DNA from: an uncultured virus (IMG/VR IMGVR_UViG_3300005239_004183)
Lineage: Duplodnaviria; Heunggongvirae; Uroviricota; Caudoviricetes
DNA length: 64,000 bases
IMG/VR virus record: IMGVR_UViG_3300005239_004183
Reading direction: 5' to 3' (one strand)
A program made the position numbers and the translations under genes. Of this stretch, positions 39,948 through 48,866 are shown piece by piece (positions within the stretch are counted from its first letter, which is position 1; the number at the start of each line of letters is the position of its first letter). The notes beneath the pieces were generated by a model that was not told where the DNA came from, searched no databases, and saw only the letters and a list, made by a program, of their open reading frames with translations.

Positions 39948-40366
39948 ACAAATGGAACATAAATTACATTGTTTTTATTAAAAGATTTCTCAAGATAATC
40001 CTTGAGGGGTAAAACCTTGAAGAAAATAAACGATTCATCAGTAGCCATATATTTATTCCATTCTAAGGATTGTGTAAAATTCTTAAATTTAACGGCATCA
40101 AATGGCCTTATGCCGAATTTATCAAATGCCTTTGTTAATTTTTCTTCTTTAAAACTTAATCCAAGTTTATATTCAAAGGTTTCAGAAAATATTTCATCAA
40201 TCGCTTCTGAAATTCCTAATAGGGCTTCTTTTTCATTTTTATAAGCCCCAAAGAACAAATCTGTAATGGGAATTGGGTTGTTATTTGCAAAACCTAATGT
40301 AGCATAAGTTACTATTTGAGTATCTTTTTGGAAGGTTTCATAATCTTCCGACTCAAATTTTTTCAT
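39944..40366 (-). CDS. Hypothetical protein
   Basis: Overlaps the stop of the upstream gene; starts MKKFESE. Confidence 0.65.
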   Translation of the reverse strand: MKKFESEDYETFQKDTQIVTYATLGFANNNPIPITDLFFGAYKNEKEALLGISEAIDEIFSETFEYKLGLSFKEEKLTKAFDKFGIRPFDAVKFKNFTQSLEWNKYMATDESFIFFKVLPLKDYLEKSFNKNNVIYVPFV

Positions 40367-43361
40367 TTTTTTTAAACTCTTCTGGGATGAATTCTGGCTT
40401 TAGCCAATCAAGAAGTTTATCACCTTTTACGATGGAATAAACATATTTTGCTTTCATGGAGTATCCTGTGTATTTTCTTTCATACACATCTGGCTTCAAA
40501 AACGCTAAAACTCTATGAACATTACTCGGATTTAACCCCCTTGTGGTTCGGTATTTTGAATTTGAATTGACTCTATCTGCCCAACCTGTTGCAGATAATT
40601 CACTACCATAATCATTCAAAGCCATAACTGCCTTCATAACATCAGACCTTCTAAATCCACCTCTTTTACCACCAAATAATTTAATTGTTTGATTCGCCAT
40701 CTTTGCTACTTCGCCATCAGCGTAAGTTTTACCTTTTGCAACAGGTTCGCCTGTAATCGGACACCGACCTTCGGCTTCAAATGTTTCAGCATTAAACAAT
40801 TCACTTTCAACAAAAGAGGTGAAATCTTCATTGTTCGCATTTTGATTCATGGTTACTGCGATAGCCATTGATTTTTCTTCAAAGGTTTTTGCATCACCGC
40901 CAATCAAAATTTTGTAAGCATAATTTACAAAATCCTTATCATTTAGATTTTGCTGAACCGCCTCAATTACCCATTCGGATTCAAAAGTTTCAGCATCTAA
41001 CCTTTCAATCTTGAGTGGCTTCTTTGCTTTCTTTGCATTCTTTCGTGCCTTTTCTAAAGCCTTAGCCAAAGGTCCTTCGGGGTCGCCACCAAAAGATTCT
41101 GCATTCATGTTTTCTTGAGTAATAAAATTGGTTTGGTCGCATTTGGAACAGTATGTATAATCGCCTTGAACCATTTCTGTTGAATTACAGTATTTGCAAA
41201 CCATTAAACCATCGTCATTCTCATACATACCATCAGCATCAAAAGATTCTGCCGATTTCCTAAACATAAATCTCTCATACCAAGCATCAAAACTTTCACC
41301 TTCTTTCTTGGTTTTCTTATACATTGGAATCCAATGCGGATTAGCCAACATCAATCCACTAATTTTTGATGGTTTGTTTCCCTCATCTTCTGCATCAAAC
41401 TTATTATGGTTTTCCATTAGCCAAGAAATAACATTTGGAGCATCATAATGGTCTGCAATAAACCAACTCATTTCTTGTGCATCTTCTGGGTCAATATCAA
41501 ACCTATAACAAAACTCTTTGTAAGCGATACTCCCTAAGTTTTTAACCATTTCATACATATCATCAACAGTTTTAATATCTTGTAATTCTTCCGCATAATA
41601 TCGGTCTTGCATCTTCAAGCCCTTGATGTAATCTCTTCTTTCTTGTTCATCAGCATAAGCCTTTTCTTCAAACACATAACCGCCCTTAGACATTCGCTCA
41701 TTTATTTGCCTCAATTCATTTCTATTGAAAATTGCAGTAACATCTTGATTATGCCTTACAATGTTCCAATAAGCCCTAATTGCTTCGGAAGTAATTGGCT
41801 TAAAATCATCATTGTGTAAATGTTCATGTTTCAAAGAAGTAAGCGTTGGTAATTCTGGAGATTGGAATTGATTTTCAGAATATAGCCCCTCATTCATTCC
41901 CTTTCTCATTCTGGAAGTTGAAATCCGAGTAGTTAGAATGCCCATTTTGCCCGTCTTTTGAGGAATAGTAGTGTCTATCCTATCCTGTTCTTCGTCAAAT
42001 TCCTTAGAAGTGATGTAAGTATTATACTCTTGCTCATCCGTTAAAGCAACCAATCCCCAATTATCAACAAATGGGAATTGACCATAGCCCATTTCAGACC
42101 AAATCTTTTTCTGCCTTCCAAGATTTCCACCATCATGGTCAGCACCCCTAACAATGTGAGTAACTCCTGTCATCTTATCATCAACAACAGATTGAAGATT
42201 CATAAGTGGGACACATAGATTTTCACCACCATACTCAACCATTCTAAACAAGATTTCACCTGCTCGGTTATCAAAATCCTTATTAATATCTCCTTTAGGA
42301 ATAGATGCAGTTAATTTTATTGCCGCTTCCCCTGCCGCATATTCACCCTGTAACATTGATGCAAATATGGATAAGTTGTTATCCACCCCACTAACCAACC
42401 CATCTCGTCTGGTATCACAAACTGCCTTTTCTTTTCGGATTGCATTAATAACTTCATTTTGATAAAGTGTAAATCTTTCAGAAGCAATAATAATATTTCT
42501 TTTTGGAATATCTGTATCTAATAACCACTCCATCTCATCAATAATTTGTTGAAACACATCGGGAATTCCATACTCACTCAAATCAGTTGATTTTGCAGGG
42601 TCAGTATCGTCAAATCTTAAAAGTAGTTTAGCCCCCGGATACCTTTTCTCATATTCTCCCAATAAACAAACTCCCCTGCTATGTCCAATACTTAAAGGTC
42701 CATTAGGAGTAGGTGCAAACCGAACCACGACTCTATCCTTAGTATCTTCAATAATTCCTGTTTGAATATCAACATTCATCAAATCATCGGGAGTGTGAGG
42801 GAAGTTAATGGGGATTCCATAATCACCTAATTTCTTTTCAAGCATTTCAATCTTGTCTGGATTTAATGGAACATACTTATTATATATTTTTTCATAGATT
42901 CCGATAGGTGCATCTAAGAATCCATTAAGAATAACTTGTCTTTTGCCGTAAATCTCATCAGACCGTTGCTCAAGAATTGGAATCAAAATTCGCTTCCAAA
43001 TAAACGCCTTATCATTTTCAATTCCTTCTTTAAATGCCCGATATACTTTAGCATGAACAATCATTTCAATATAATCTTTAATTTCAGAAGGAAGATACAA
43101 AGAGTTAAGCCTTTTCATATCAAGTTGTTTTTTTAATTCTTCTAAGGTTTGCTTAGATTGGATAGGATTATCAATTGCAGATTGAGCAATATCTTTCATC
43201 TGCCCCTTCATCATTCCAATAGCAGATTTATCAAAACCGGGAATTCTTGAAAACTTTCCTAACAAGGACATTTCAACAAAGCCTTTTGTCAAGGCTTCAC
43301 TTAGAACCAGATAGGTAGCATAATCAATGCTTTCATCTCTATTCATTGAAGAATCAACCAT
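40353..43361 (-). CDS. Fusion protein: archaeal-type glutamyl-tRNA synthetase catalytic domain plus unrelated AE-delimited modules
   Basis: VVVRFAPTPNGPLSIGH, LLRFDDTDP, VVDD..GVTHIVRGADH, ISTS, PELPTL motifs; no anticodon-binding region recognisable. Confidence 0.85.
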   Translation of the reverse strand: MVDSSMNRDESIDYATYLVLSEALTKGFVEMSLLGKFSRIPGFDKSAIGMMKGQMKDIAQSAIDNPIQSKQTLEELKKQLDMKRLNSLYLPSEIKDYIEMIVHAKVYRAFKEGIENDKAFIWKRILIPILEQRSDEIYGKRQVILNGFLDAPIGIYEKIYNKYVPLNPDKIEMLEKKLGDYGIPINFPHTPDDLMNVDIQTGIIEDTKDRVVVRFAPTPNGPLSIGHSRGVCLLGEYEKRYPGAKLLLRFDDTDPAKSTDLSEYGIPDVFQQIIDEMEWLLDTDIPKRNIIIASERFTLYQNEVINAIRKEKAVCDTRRDGLVSGVDNNLSIFASMLQGEYAAGEAAIKLTASIPKGDINKDFDNRAGEILFRMVEYGGENLCVPLMNLQSVVDDKMTGVTHIVRGADHDGGNLGRQKKIWSEMGYGQFPFVDNWGLVALTDEQEYNTYITSKEFDEEQDRIDTTIPQKTGKMGILTTRISTSRMRKGMNEGLYSENQFQSPELPTLTSLKHEHLHNDDFKPITSEAIRAYWNIVRHNQDVTAIFNRNELRQINERMSKGGYVFEEKAYADEQERRDYIKGLKMQDRYYAEELQDIKTVDDMYEMVKNLGSIAYKEFCYRFDIDPEDAQEMSWFIADHYDAPNVISWLMENHNKFDAEDEGNKPSKISGLMLANPHWIPMYKKTKKEGESFDAWYERFMFRKSAESFDADGMYENDDGLMVCKYCNSTEMVQGDYTYCSKCDQTNFITQENMNAESFGGDPEGPLAKALEKARKNAKKAKKPLKIERLDAETFESEWVIEAVQQNLNDKDFVNYAYKILIGGDAKTFEEKSMAIAVTMNQNANNEDFTSFVESELFNAETFEAEGRCPITGEPVAKGKTYADGEVAKMANQTIKLFGGKRGGFRRSDVMKAVMALNDYGSELSATGWADRVNSNSKYRTTRGLNPSNVHRVLAFLKPDVYERKYTGYSMKAKYVYSIVKGDKLLDWLKPEFIPEEFKKNEKI

Positions 43362-43404
43362 AATTTTAATTTACGGGTCTTGATATATAAAACTTAATGC
43401 TGAA

Positions 43405-43647
43405 TCACTTCTTAGATTTCTTCTTAGCCGGAGTTTTCTTAGCAGAAGTTTTCTTAGCAGAAGTTTTCTTAGCAGAAGTTTTCTTAGCAGTTGTCTTTGA
43501 ATCAGTCTTTGCATTCTTAGCCTTCAACTCTTGCCAAGCCTTACCCATAGCCTTTCCTCTTGCAGAAATAAACTGTGTGGGTTTTTCACTATCTTTCTTT
43601 GCTCTAAATTTGAATGTCTTTACAAATTCTTTGTATGTTTTAGCCAT
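43405..43647 (-). CDS. Small Lys-rich histone H1-like protein
   Basis: AKKTS 15-bp repeats; highly basic. Confidence 0.75.
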   Translation of the reverse strand: MAKTYKEFVKTFKFRAKKDSEKPTQFISARGKAMGKAWQELKAKNAKTDSKTTAKKTSAKKTSAKKTSAKKTPAKKKSKK

Positions 43648-43693
43648 AATAATCATTCCCTGTTTTTACTACTTAATGGTTCTCTTGAAAACA

Positions 43694-43912
43694 TTATTGA
43701 TAATAATGAGCATAGATTAATCTATAACCAAACAACATAGCACCCATACCACCTACATAAAGAGGTATTTTTACAATGTTGCCGTAATTAGAAAACCATG
43801 AAAGTGAAAATAATCCAAATCCAATACAGAAAATTGTTCCACTAATAACTAATTCAGCCCGAACAAATCCTTCAAGAGCATCATCCATTGAGTCTGCAAT
43901 ACTTTTAGGCAT
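43694..43912 (-). CDS. Small two-TM protein
   Basis: Two hydrophobic segments. Confidence 0.6.
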   Translation of the reverse strand: MPKSIADSMDDALEGFVRAELVISGTIFCIGFGLFSLSWFSNYGNIVKIPLYVGGMGAMLFGYRLIYAHYYQ

Positions 43913-43913
43913 C

Positions 43914-44189
43914 TCAATAACTCCCTAAAACATCGGCTTCCATTAAATAAAGTCCTGCAACGGTTGAACCACAAAATGCAGTTGCAGGTCCTAACAACAT
44001 TCCAACGGTTGAAGATTGTCCTTTTCTAATATATTGTAGTGAGTGGAGAGTTTCTGCAACTCCAATTGCCATCATTCCAAGTGCTACCGTGTAGCCAACT
44101 TTATGAATCATTTTATCTTCGGTAGCGTAATATCTCTTAGGATATTTCGTAATACTGTCTATTGCATTTTGCATTAAATCTTCAATCAT
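43914..44189 (-). CDS. Small two-TM protein
   Basis: GAGGTGA SD; two hydrophobic segments. Confidence 0.65.
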   Translation of the reverse strand: MIEDLMQNAIDSITKYPKRYYATEDKMIHKVGYTVALGMMAIGVAETLHSLQYIRKGQSSTVGMLLGPATAFCGSTVAGLYLMEADVLGSY

Positions 44190-44194
44190 TTTAA

Positions 44195-44306
44195 TCACCT
44201 CTTCCTCTTAGTTGTCTTTCGCTTAGTTGTCTTTTTCTTAGCAGGACTCTTTCGCTTAGTTGTCTTTTTCTTAGCGGGTGCTTTTCGCTTAGTTGTCTTT
44301 TTCTTC
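44195..44306 (-). CDS. 3' end of Lys/Arg-rich histone-like protein (rest in N gap)
   Basis: KKKTTKRKxPA 33-bp repeats. Confidence 0.65.
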
Positions 44307-44934
44307 NNNNNNNNNNNNNNNNNNNNNNNNNNNNNNNNNNNNNNNNNNNNNNNNNNNNNNNNNNNNNNNNNNNNNNNNNNNNNNNNNNNNNNNNNNNNNN
44401 NNNNNNNNNNNNNNNNNNNNNNNNNNNNNNNNNNNNNNNNNNNNNNNNNNNNNNNNNNNNNNNNNNNNNNNNNNNNNNNNNNNNNNNNNNNNNNNNNNNN
44501 NNNNNNNNNNNNNNNNNNNNNNNNNNNNNNNNNNNNNNNNNNNNNNNNNNNNNNNNNNNNNNNNNNNNNNNNNNNNNNNNNNNNNNNNNNNNNNNNNNNN
44601 NNNNNNNNNNNNNNNNNNNNNNNNNNNNNNNNNNNNNNNNNNNNNNNNNNNNNNNNNNNNNNNNNNNNNNNNNNNNNNNNNNNNNNNNNNNNNNNNNNNN
44701 NNNNNNNNNNNNNNNNNNNNNNNNNNNNNNNNNNNNNNNNNNNNNNNNNNNNNNNNNNNNNNNNNNNNNNNNNNNNNNNNNNNNNNNNNNNNNNNNNNNN
44801 NNNNNNNNNNNNNNNNNNNNNNNNNNNNNNNNNNNNNNNNNNNNNNNNNTTATCTATCATTTCAAAAAATTTAGATGCATCCATCTTCAAGTATTTCTTT
44901 AATTTATTCCAACTTAATTCTTTATCCATTTAAA

Positions 44935-45786
44935 TCACGCCTTGACCCATCTCTTAACTCGCTTGTTTCCTCTCTTGTAGGATTTACAAACATACATCTT
45001 TCCATCCCCACCTCTCATGGTTTTTCCAACATTCACCGATGTTGCAGATGTTGAAGGAGATTTTCTCTTCCCTCTATAAATCGTCTTTTTCTTTGTTGCC
45101 GTCTGTTTCTTTGTTGCCGTTTTCTTTCTTGCCACTTTCTTCACCGCCTTTTTCTTAGAGGGTGCTTTTTCTTTGATTGGTTTAAATGTCGTTTTAATCT
45201 TCCAATGACTTAAAACCTTTTTATCCTTAGCCCCAATCTTATTTGAATCTCTTATATTGTGAAGAGTTTTCATTAAAGACCATAAATCAGTTGAAGAAAC
45301 ACCTCCTTTCTTTAATGGTTTCCCACCACTATGATACAAATATTGAGCATCAGTATTATTAAATTTATACCATTTACTCCATGCAGAATTTTTGTAGGCG
45401 TTAAAGCCAGATTTCTTTTTAATCGTTGAAACTAAACTTTTGTTCTTAGCATAATATTTTTTCTGGTCGGCTAAATTCTTAGCCATAGCCCTTTTAAATT
45501 TAGCAGGATTGTCCTTTTTAAATTTAGCAATACTTTTAGGGGTTTGAGATTTTCCCGTTAAATCAAAAATAACATTATACTCACTTTCTTTCTTGCCCAT
45601 CATAGCATAAGGTTTTGCATCTTCAATCATCAAATCACAAAACTTAACCCTACAAGATTGCAAACCTTTAGAAACTCCCATTTGTTTCTGGTTTTTATCA
45701 AACCATTTAACTAAAGAACCACAATATGAATCCCACTTAACACCGCCATTAACTGCACTCCACCAAGAATCATCATCTCTTGCCAT
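44935..45786 (-). CDS. Lys-rich protein with C-terminal RKSP..GxDG..KRW module
   Basis: ATG at 45786 after GGTGAG SD; extremely basic. Confidence 0.75.
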   Translation of the reverse strand: MARDDDSWWSAVNGGVKWDSYCGSLVKWFDKNQKQMGVSKGLQSCRVKFCDLMIEDAKPYAMMGKKESEYNVIFDLTGKSQTPKSIAKFKKDNPAKFKRAMAKNLADQKKYYAKNKSLVSTIKKKSGFNAYKNSAWSKWYKFNNTDAQYLYHSGGKPLKKGGVSSTDLWSLMKTLHNIRDSNKIGAKDKKVLSHWKIKTTFKPIKEKAPSKKKAVKKVARKKTATKKQTATKKKTIYRGKRKSPSTSATSVNVGKTMRGGDGKMYVCKSYKRGNKRVKRWVKA

Positions 45787-45787
45787 T

Positions 45788-46132
45788 TCACTCACCCGCC
45801 TCATTATTTGAATCCGATTGAGAAACATCATTAGGAAGATTTGAGTTAGATTTCAAAGCCGAAACGGTTTTCGTAATTCCACTTAAAACTACCAAACCTA
45901 ATGCTACCTTTCCAACCCCTTCATATCCATTATTTCCAGATTTAACTTCTTTTCTAATCCTTGAAGCAGTTAAGAAAGCCCCAAGACCAACCAAAAGAAC
46001 AATTCCACCAAATACCTTACCTGCGGGTTCGTTAAAAAATGCAAGACCTAAGCCTCCACCAACAACCAATACTACACCCAATGCAGTTAATCCATAAGAT
46101 TGAAGATTAAGATAAGCAGAACCGACCCCCAT
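45788..46132 (-). CDS. Three-TM Gly-rich membrane protein
   Basis: Three hydrophobic segments. Confidence 0.7.
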   Translation of the reverse strand: MGVGSAYLNLQSYGLTALGVVLVVGGGLGLAFFNEPAGKVFGGIVLLVGLGAFLTASRIRKEVKSGNNGYEGVGKVALGLVVLSGITKTVSALKSNSNLPNDVSQSDSNNEAGE

Positions 46133-46503
46133 AATTATACCCTCTCTTGTGATGCATTAACAAATCTTGCAATAATGGCAATAAATACTATGCCTATTGA
46201 AATTTTTAGGAGTGAATAATCGGACTTGAACCTACTTGGTATATATGAATTTGAATAGTCCATAATTATTTACCTTCATTTCCGCTATATAATGCTTTAC
46301 CATTTATCGTATCTGAAAGATTTAATCCACCTTGTCCGTTTCCAGAACAAAACAGACACAAAAGACATAAAAAATAACAATAAAGATAATATCCCTATCA
46401 ATTCTAAATTATCCACATTATGCTAAAATCTTTTTAGATATTTAAAGAATAGTAAATTATCAAGGATACCTTAAAATCCCTCACTACCTCTCTTATCGTA
46501 AGG

Positions 46504-46580
46504 TGGTGGACAATATCGGACTTGAACCGATGGTCGCCCGGTTATGAGCCGGGTGCATTAACCTACTATGCTAATTGTCC
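46504..46580 (-). tRNA. tRNA with CAT anticodon (Ile2-like, alternatively Met), CCA encoded
   Basis: GGACAAT/ATTGTCC acceptor, CCCGG-CTCATAA-CCGGG anticodon arm, GTTCAAGT T-loop. Confidence 0.9.
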
Positions 46581-46583
46581 TTG

Positions 46584-46668
46584 TGGTGTCGGGGGCAGGA
46601 TTTGAACCTGCGAATCATTATGAACAGGAATTTAAGCCCTGCGCCTTTAACCACTCGGCCACCCCGAC
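46584..46668 (-). tRNA. tRNA-Leu(TAA), CCA encoded
   Basis: GTCGGGG/CCCCGAC acceptor, CAGGG-CTTAAAT-TCCTG arm, long variable arm. Confidence 0.92.
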
Positions 46669-46709
46669 CTGTTTCTTTGTCATTTTTTTTATATTTTTAA
46701 AATTACAGG

Positions 46710-46781
46710 CGGGCGTAGGAGGAATTGAACCCCCATCTCCGGCTTAGAAGGCCAGAATGCTATCCGTTACACCATACACCC
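46710..46781 (-). tRNA. tRNA-Arg(TCT)
   Basis: GGGTGTA/TACGCCC acceptor, CTGGC-CTTCTAA-GCCGG arm; followed by CCT not CCA. Confidence 0.9.
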
Positions 46782-46867
46782 TTTTGCCTGTAAATTAAAG
46801 TAATCATCAATACTATATTAACTTTACTTAATTATACTTTGAAATAATTATTTAATAGGTGCTAAAA

Positions 46868-46944
46868 TGGCGAGCGATAAGGGATTTGAACCCCTGTTAT
46901 CGGCTTAGGAGGCCAATGTGCTATCCAAACTACACTAATCGCTC
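46868..46944 (-). tRNA. tRNA-Arg(CCT), CCA encoded
   Basis: GAGCGAT/ATCGCTC acceptor, TTGGC-CTCCTAA-GCCGA arm. Confidence 0.92.
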
Positions 46945-46953
46945 ATGAATAAT

Positions 46954-47026
46954 TGGCGAGCCAGATGGGATTTGAACCCACACGCTTCGGATTCGCAATT
47001 CCAAAGTCCTATCCACCGGCTGACTC
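46954..47026 (-). tRNA. Atypical tRNA (probably Arg-GCG-like) with reduced D arm and 8-nt anticodon loop, CCA encoded
   Basis: GAGTCAG/CTGGCTC acceptor, GTGGG-TTCAAAT-CCCAT T arm, CTTTGGA-ATTGCGAA-TCCGAAG arm. Confidence 0.7.
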
Positions 47027-47064
47027 ATGTTTAACCAATTACTTATGATATATAAACCCTGTCA

Positions 47065-47283
47065 TCACTTGTATTGAGCAGGGATATTAGTTACAATATA
47101 TCGCATATATCGCTGACCTGTTGCATCAGTCCTTCGCTCATGCTCAAATACATAACCCATATCCTTCAAATCCATAATTCGTCGTGGAAGCGACCTAATC
47201 TTATAGACCGTGTGTGCTTCCATTACGCTTAGTGTTTCATTATCTTTAAAGTGTTCAATTAACATTTCCTTTTGTGTTGGCAT
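47065..47283 (-). CDS. Small helix-turn-helix protein
   Basis: TQKEML..LSVMEA..YKIRSLPRRIMDLKDMGY resembles phage winged-HTH proteins. Confidence 0.7.
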   Translation of the reverse strand: MPTQKEMLIEHFKDNETLSVMEAHTVYKIRSLPRRIMDLKDMGYVFEHERRTDATGQRYMRYIVTNIPAQYK

Positions 47284-47334
47284 TCTTTCTCACCTAAACC
47301 GACATAAGATGCTTTACCTTTATAATCTTTTATC

Positions 47335-47640
47335 CTAATTAGCAATCTCATTAATGAAACCTTCACTTTGCATCTTGACCCAAAACGGCCTTGACGACTC
47401 AAAGGTTTCAATGACAATGTGGGCATTTGGAAAGGCAGACCTAATTCTTCTAATCATTTTTCTGCCGAATCCACTACCCCTCATGGGCGACCTAACTATG
47501 AAGTTATCCACATACATTATTTTAGTCGCATTATCTTGAAATGTGCATCTTGCGACAGAATATCCATCCCAATATACAAAAACATTAGATTTTTTCTCAT
47601 CTCGGAGGATGCAATCTTCATAGCCCATAATAGGAGTCAT
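47335..47640 (-). CDS. GNAT family acetyltransferase
   Basis: VRSPMRGSGFGRKMI acetyl-CoA motif and SRPFWVKM. Confidence 0.8.
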   Translation of the reverse strand: MTPIMGYEDCILRDEKKSNVFVYWDGYSVARCTFQDNATKIMYVDNFIVRSPMRGSGFGRKMIRRIRSAFPNAHIVIETFESSRPFWVKMQSEGFINEIAN

Positions 47641-47699
47641 GGTATTATCACATTAACCATAGTATATAATCATTACGACTATATCTGATATATTTTAAA

Positions 47700-48077
47700 T
47701 TAGCCTAATATAGAAGTCGCTTGTTGTAATGCAGATAAATTTGAAATACCTTCAAAGACACCTACGGTATTCATACCCATCCAAATGATATTGACTAATA
47801 CCGGAGCCATTGCTTCATGATAAAACGCAGTAAGTAATAATCCGCTTGAGCCTATTAAACTAATTATATGATATGAAGTGGAAGTATTGACAAGCCAACC
47901 TCTTGAAACTGCGGTTACTGCCGCTAATTGTAGTGCGCCCCCTGCATAACCTACTGCATCCATAGCCTTTCGGCCATAATTATCATCTAAATAGGTTCTA
48001 ATTTTATTTGATTTCTTATTACCTAAATAAGAAAGTCCTGTAAATCCTAACAACACTCCTAATACTACTTTTCCCAT
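47700..48077 (-). CDS. Multi-TM membrane protein
   Basis: Four hydrophobic segments. Confidence 0.7.
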   Translation of the reverse strand: MGKVVLGVLLGFTGLSYLGNKKSNKIRTYLDDNYGRKAMDAVGYAGGALQLAAVTAVSRGWLVNTSTSYHIISLIGSSGLLLTAFYHEAMAPVLVNIIWMGMNTVGVFEGISNLSALQQATSILG

Positions 48078-48079
48078 AT

Positions 48080-48445
48080 TTATTCCTCTTCTTCAATTAT
48101 TATAATTTGTTCATCTTCTTGCAATTTACCGCTTGCTCTTTGAATATCATTTTCAGTCTTGTGTTTTCTTCTAATAGATTCAATATATTCTTCTTCTTCT
48201 GCATTCCACCTGTCAAAGAATCTTGAAATAGCCATATAAGCAGGACCAGAAAGAATACCCAATACTGCTATATACGCTTCAATATCTTCTCTTACTTGGT
48301 CATTGACAAATGCAGTAGTGATTAATTGATAGGATAAAATCATAAAAACGAATATCAAAGGTAAAGATACTAAGGCAACCATTACATTATTAAAGGTTAC
48401 TCGTATATCCCAATCAATTTTACTCATATTAGCACCCCTATTCAT
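48080..48445 (-). CDS. Two-TM membrane protein
   Basis: VMVALVSLPLIFVFMIL and YIAVLGILSGPAYMAI. Confidence 0.7.
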   Translation of the reverse strand: MNRGANMSKIDWDIRVTFNNVMVALVSLPLIFVFMILSYQLITTAFVNDQVREDIEAYIAVLGILSGPAYMAISRFFDRWNAEEEEYIESIRRKHKTENDIQRASGKLQEDEQIIIIEEEE

Positions 48446-48866
48446 CAATTTCTCTATTTAACCATGTTTCTTCAAGGTATTGAGTTTCACCATCAGCATC
48501 TTCCCAAATAGCATACCAATAGAAATCGTAATGTGTTGTGTTATTTACTGTAAAATTATCCAATACTAAGAATCTTGGGTCATCAGCATATCCTTGAATA
48601 TAATATGTTTGTGTTGTCCATTCAATTGGACCTGTCGCATTTGAACCACTATTTGTTTCATTAACATGATATACTAAGAATTGAACAGATACATTGTAGC
48701 CTTCAAGTCATTAGTATCTTCACACAATCAAGTCAAACCTACGGTTGCCGTAGTGGATTAGTAGTAGTTGATATAAAAGTAATTCACAAGTTTCTGCTCT
48801 TGTTTTCACATCTATACCCCACATCATAATAGATCACACTGAATCATATCATATCATAAGCAGTAA

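Noticed and set aside
46710..46944. Amber suppressor tRNAs (CTA in anticodon loops)
   Set aside because: Stem pairing gives 7-nt loops CTTCTAA and CTCCTAA with central TCT and CCT; genes read well in the standard code
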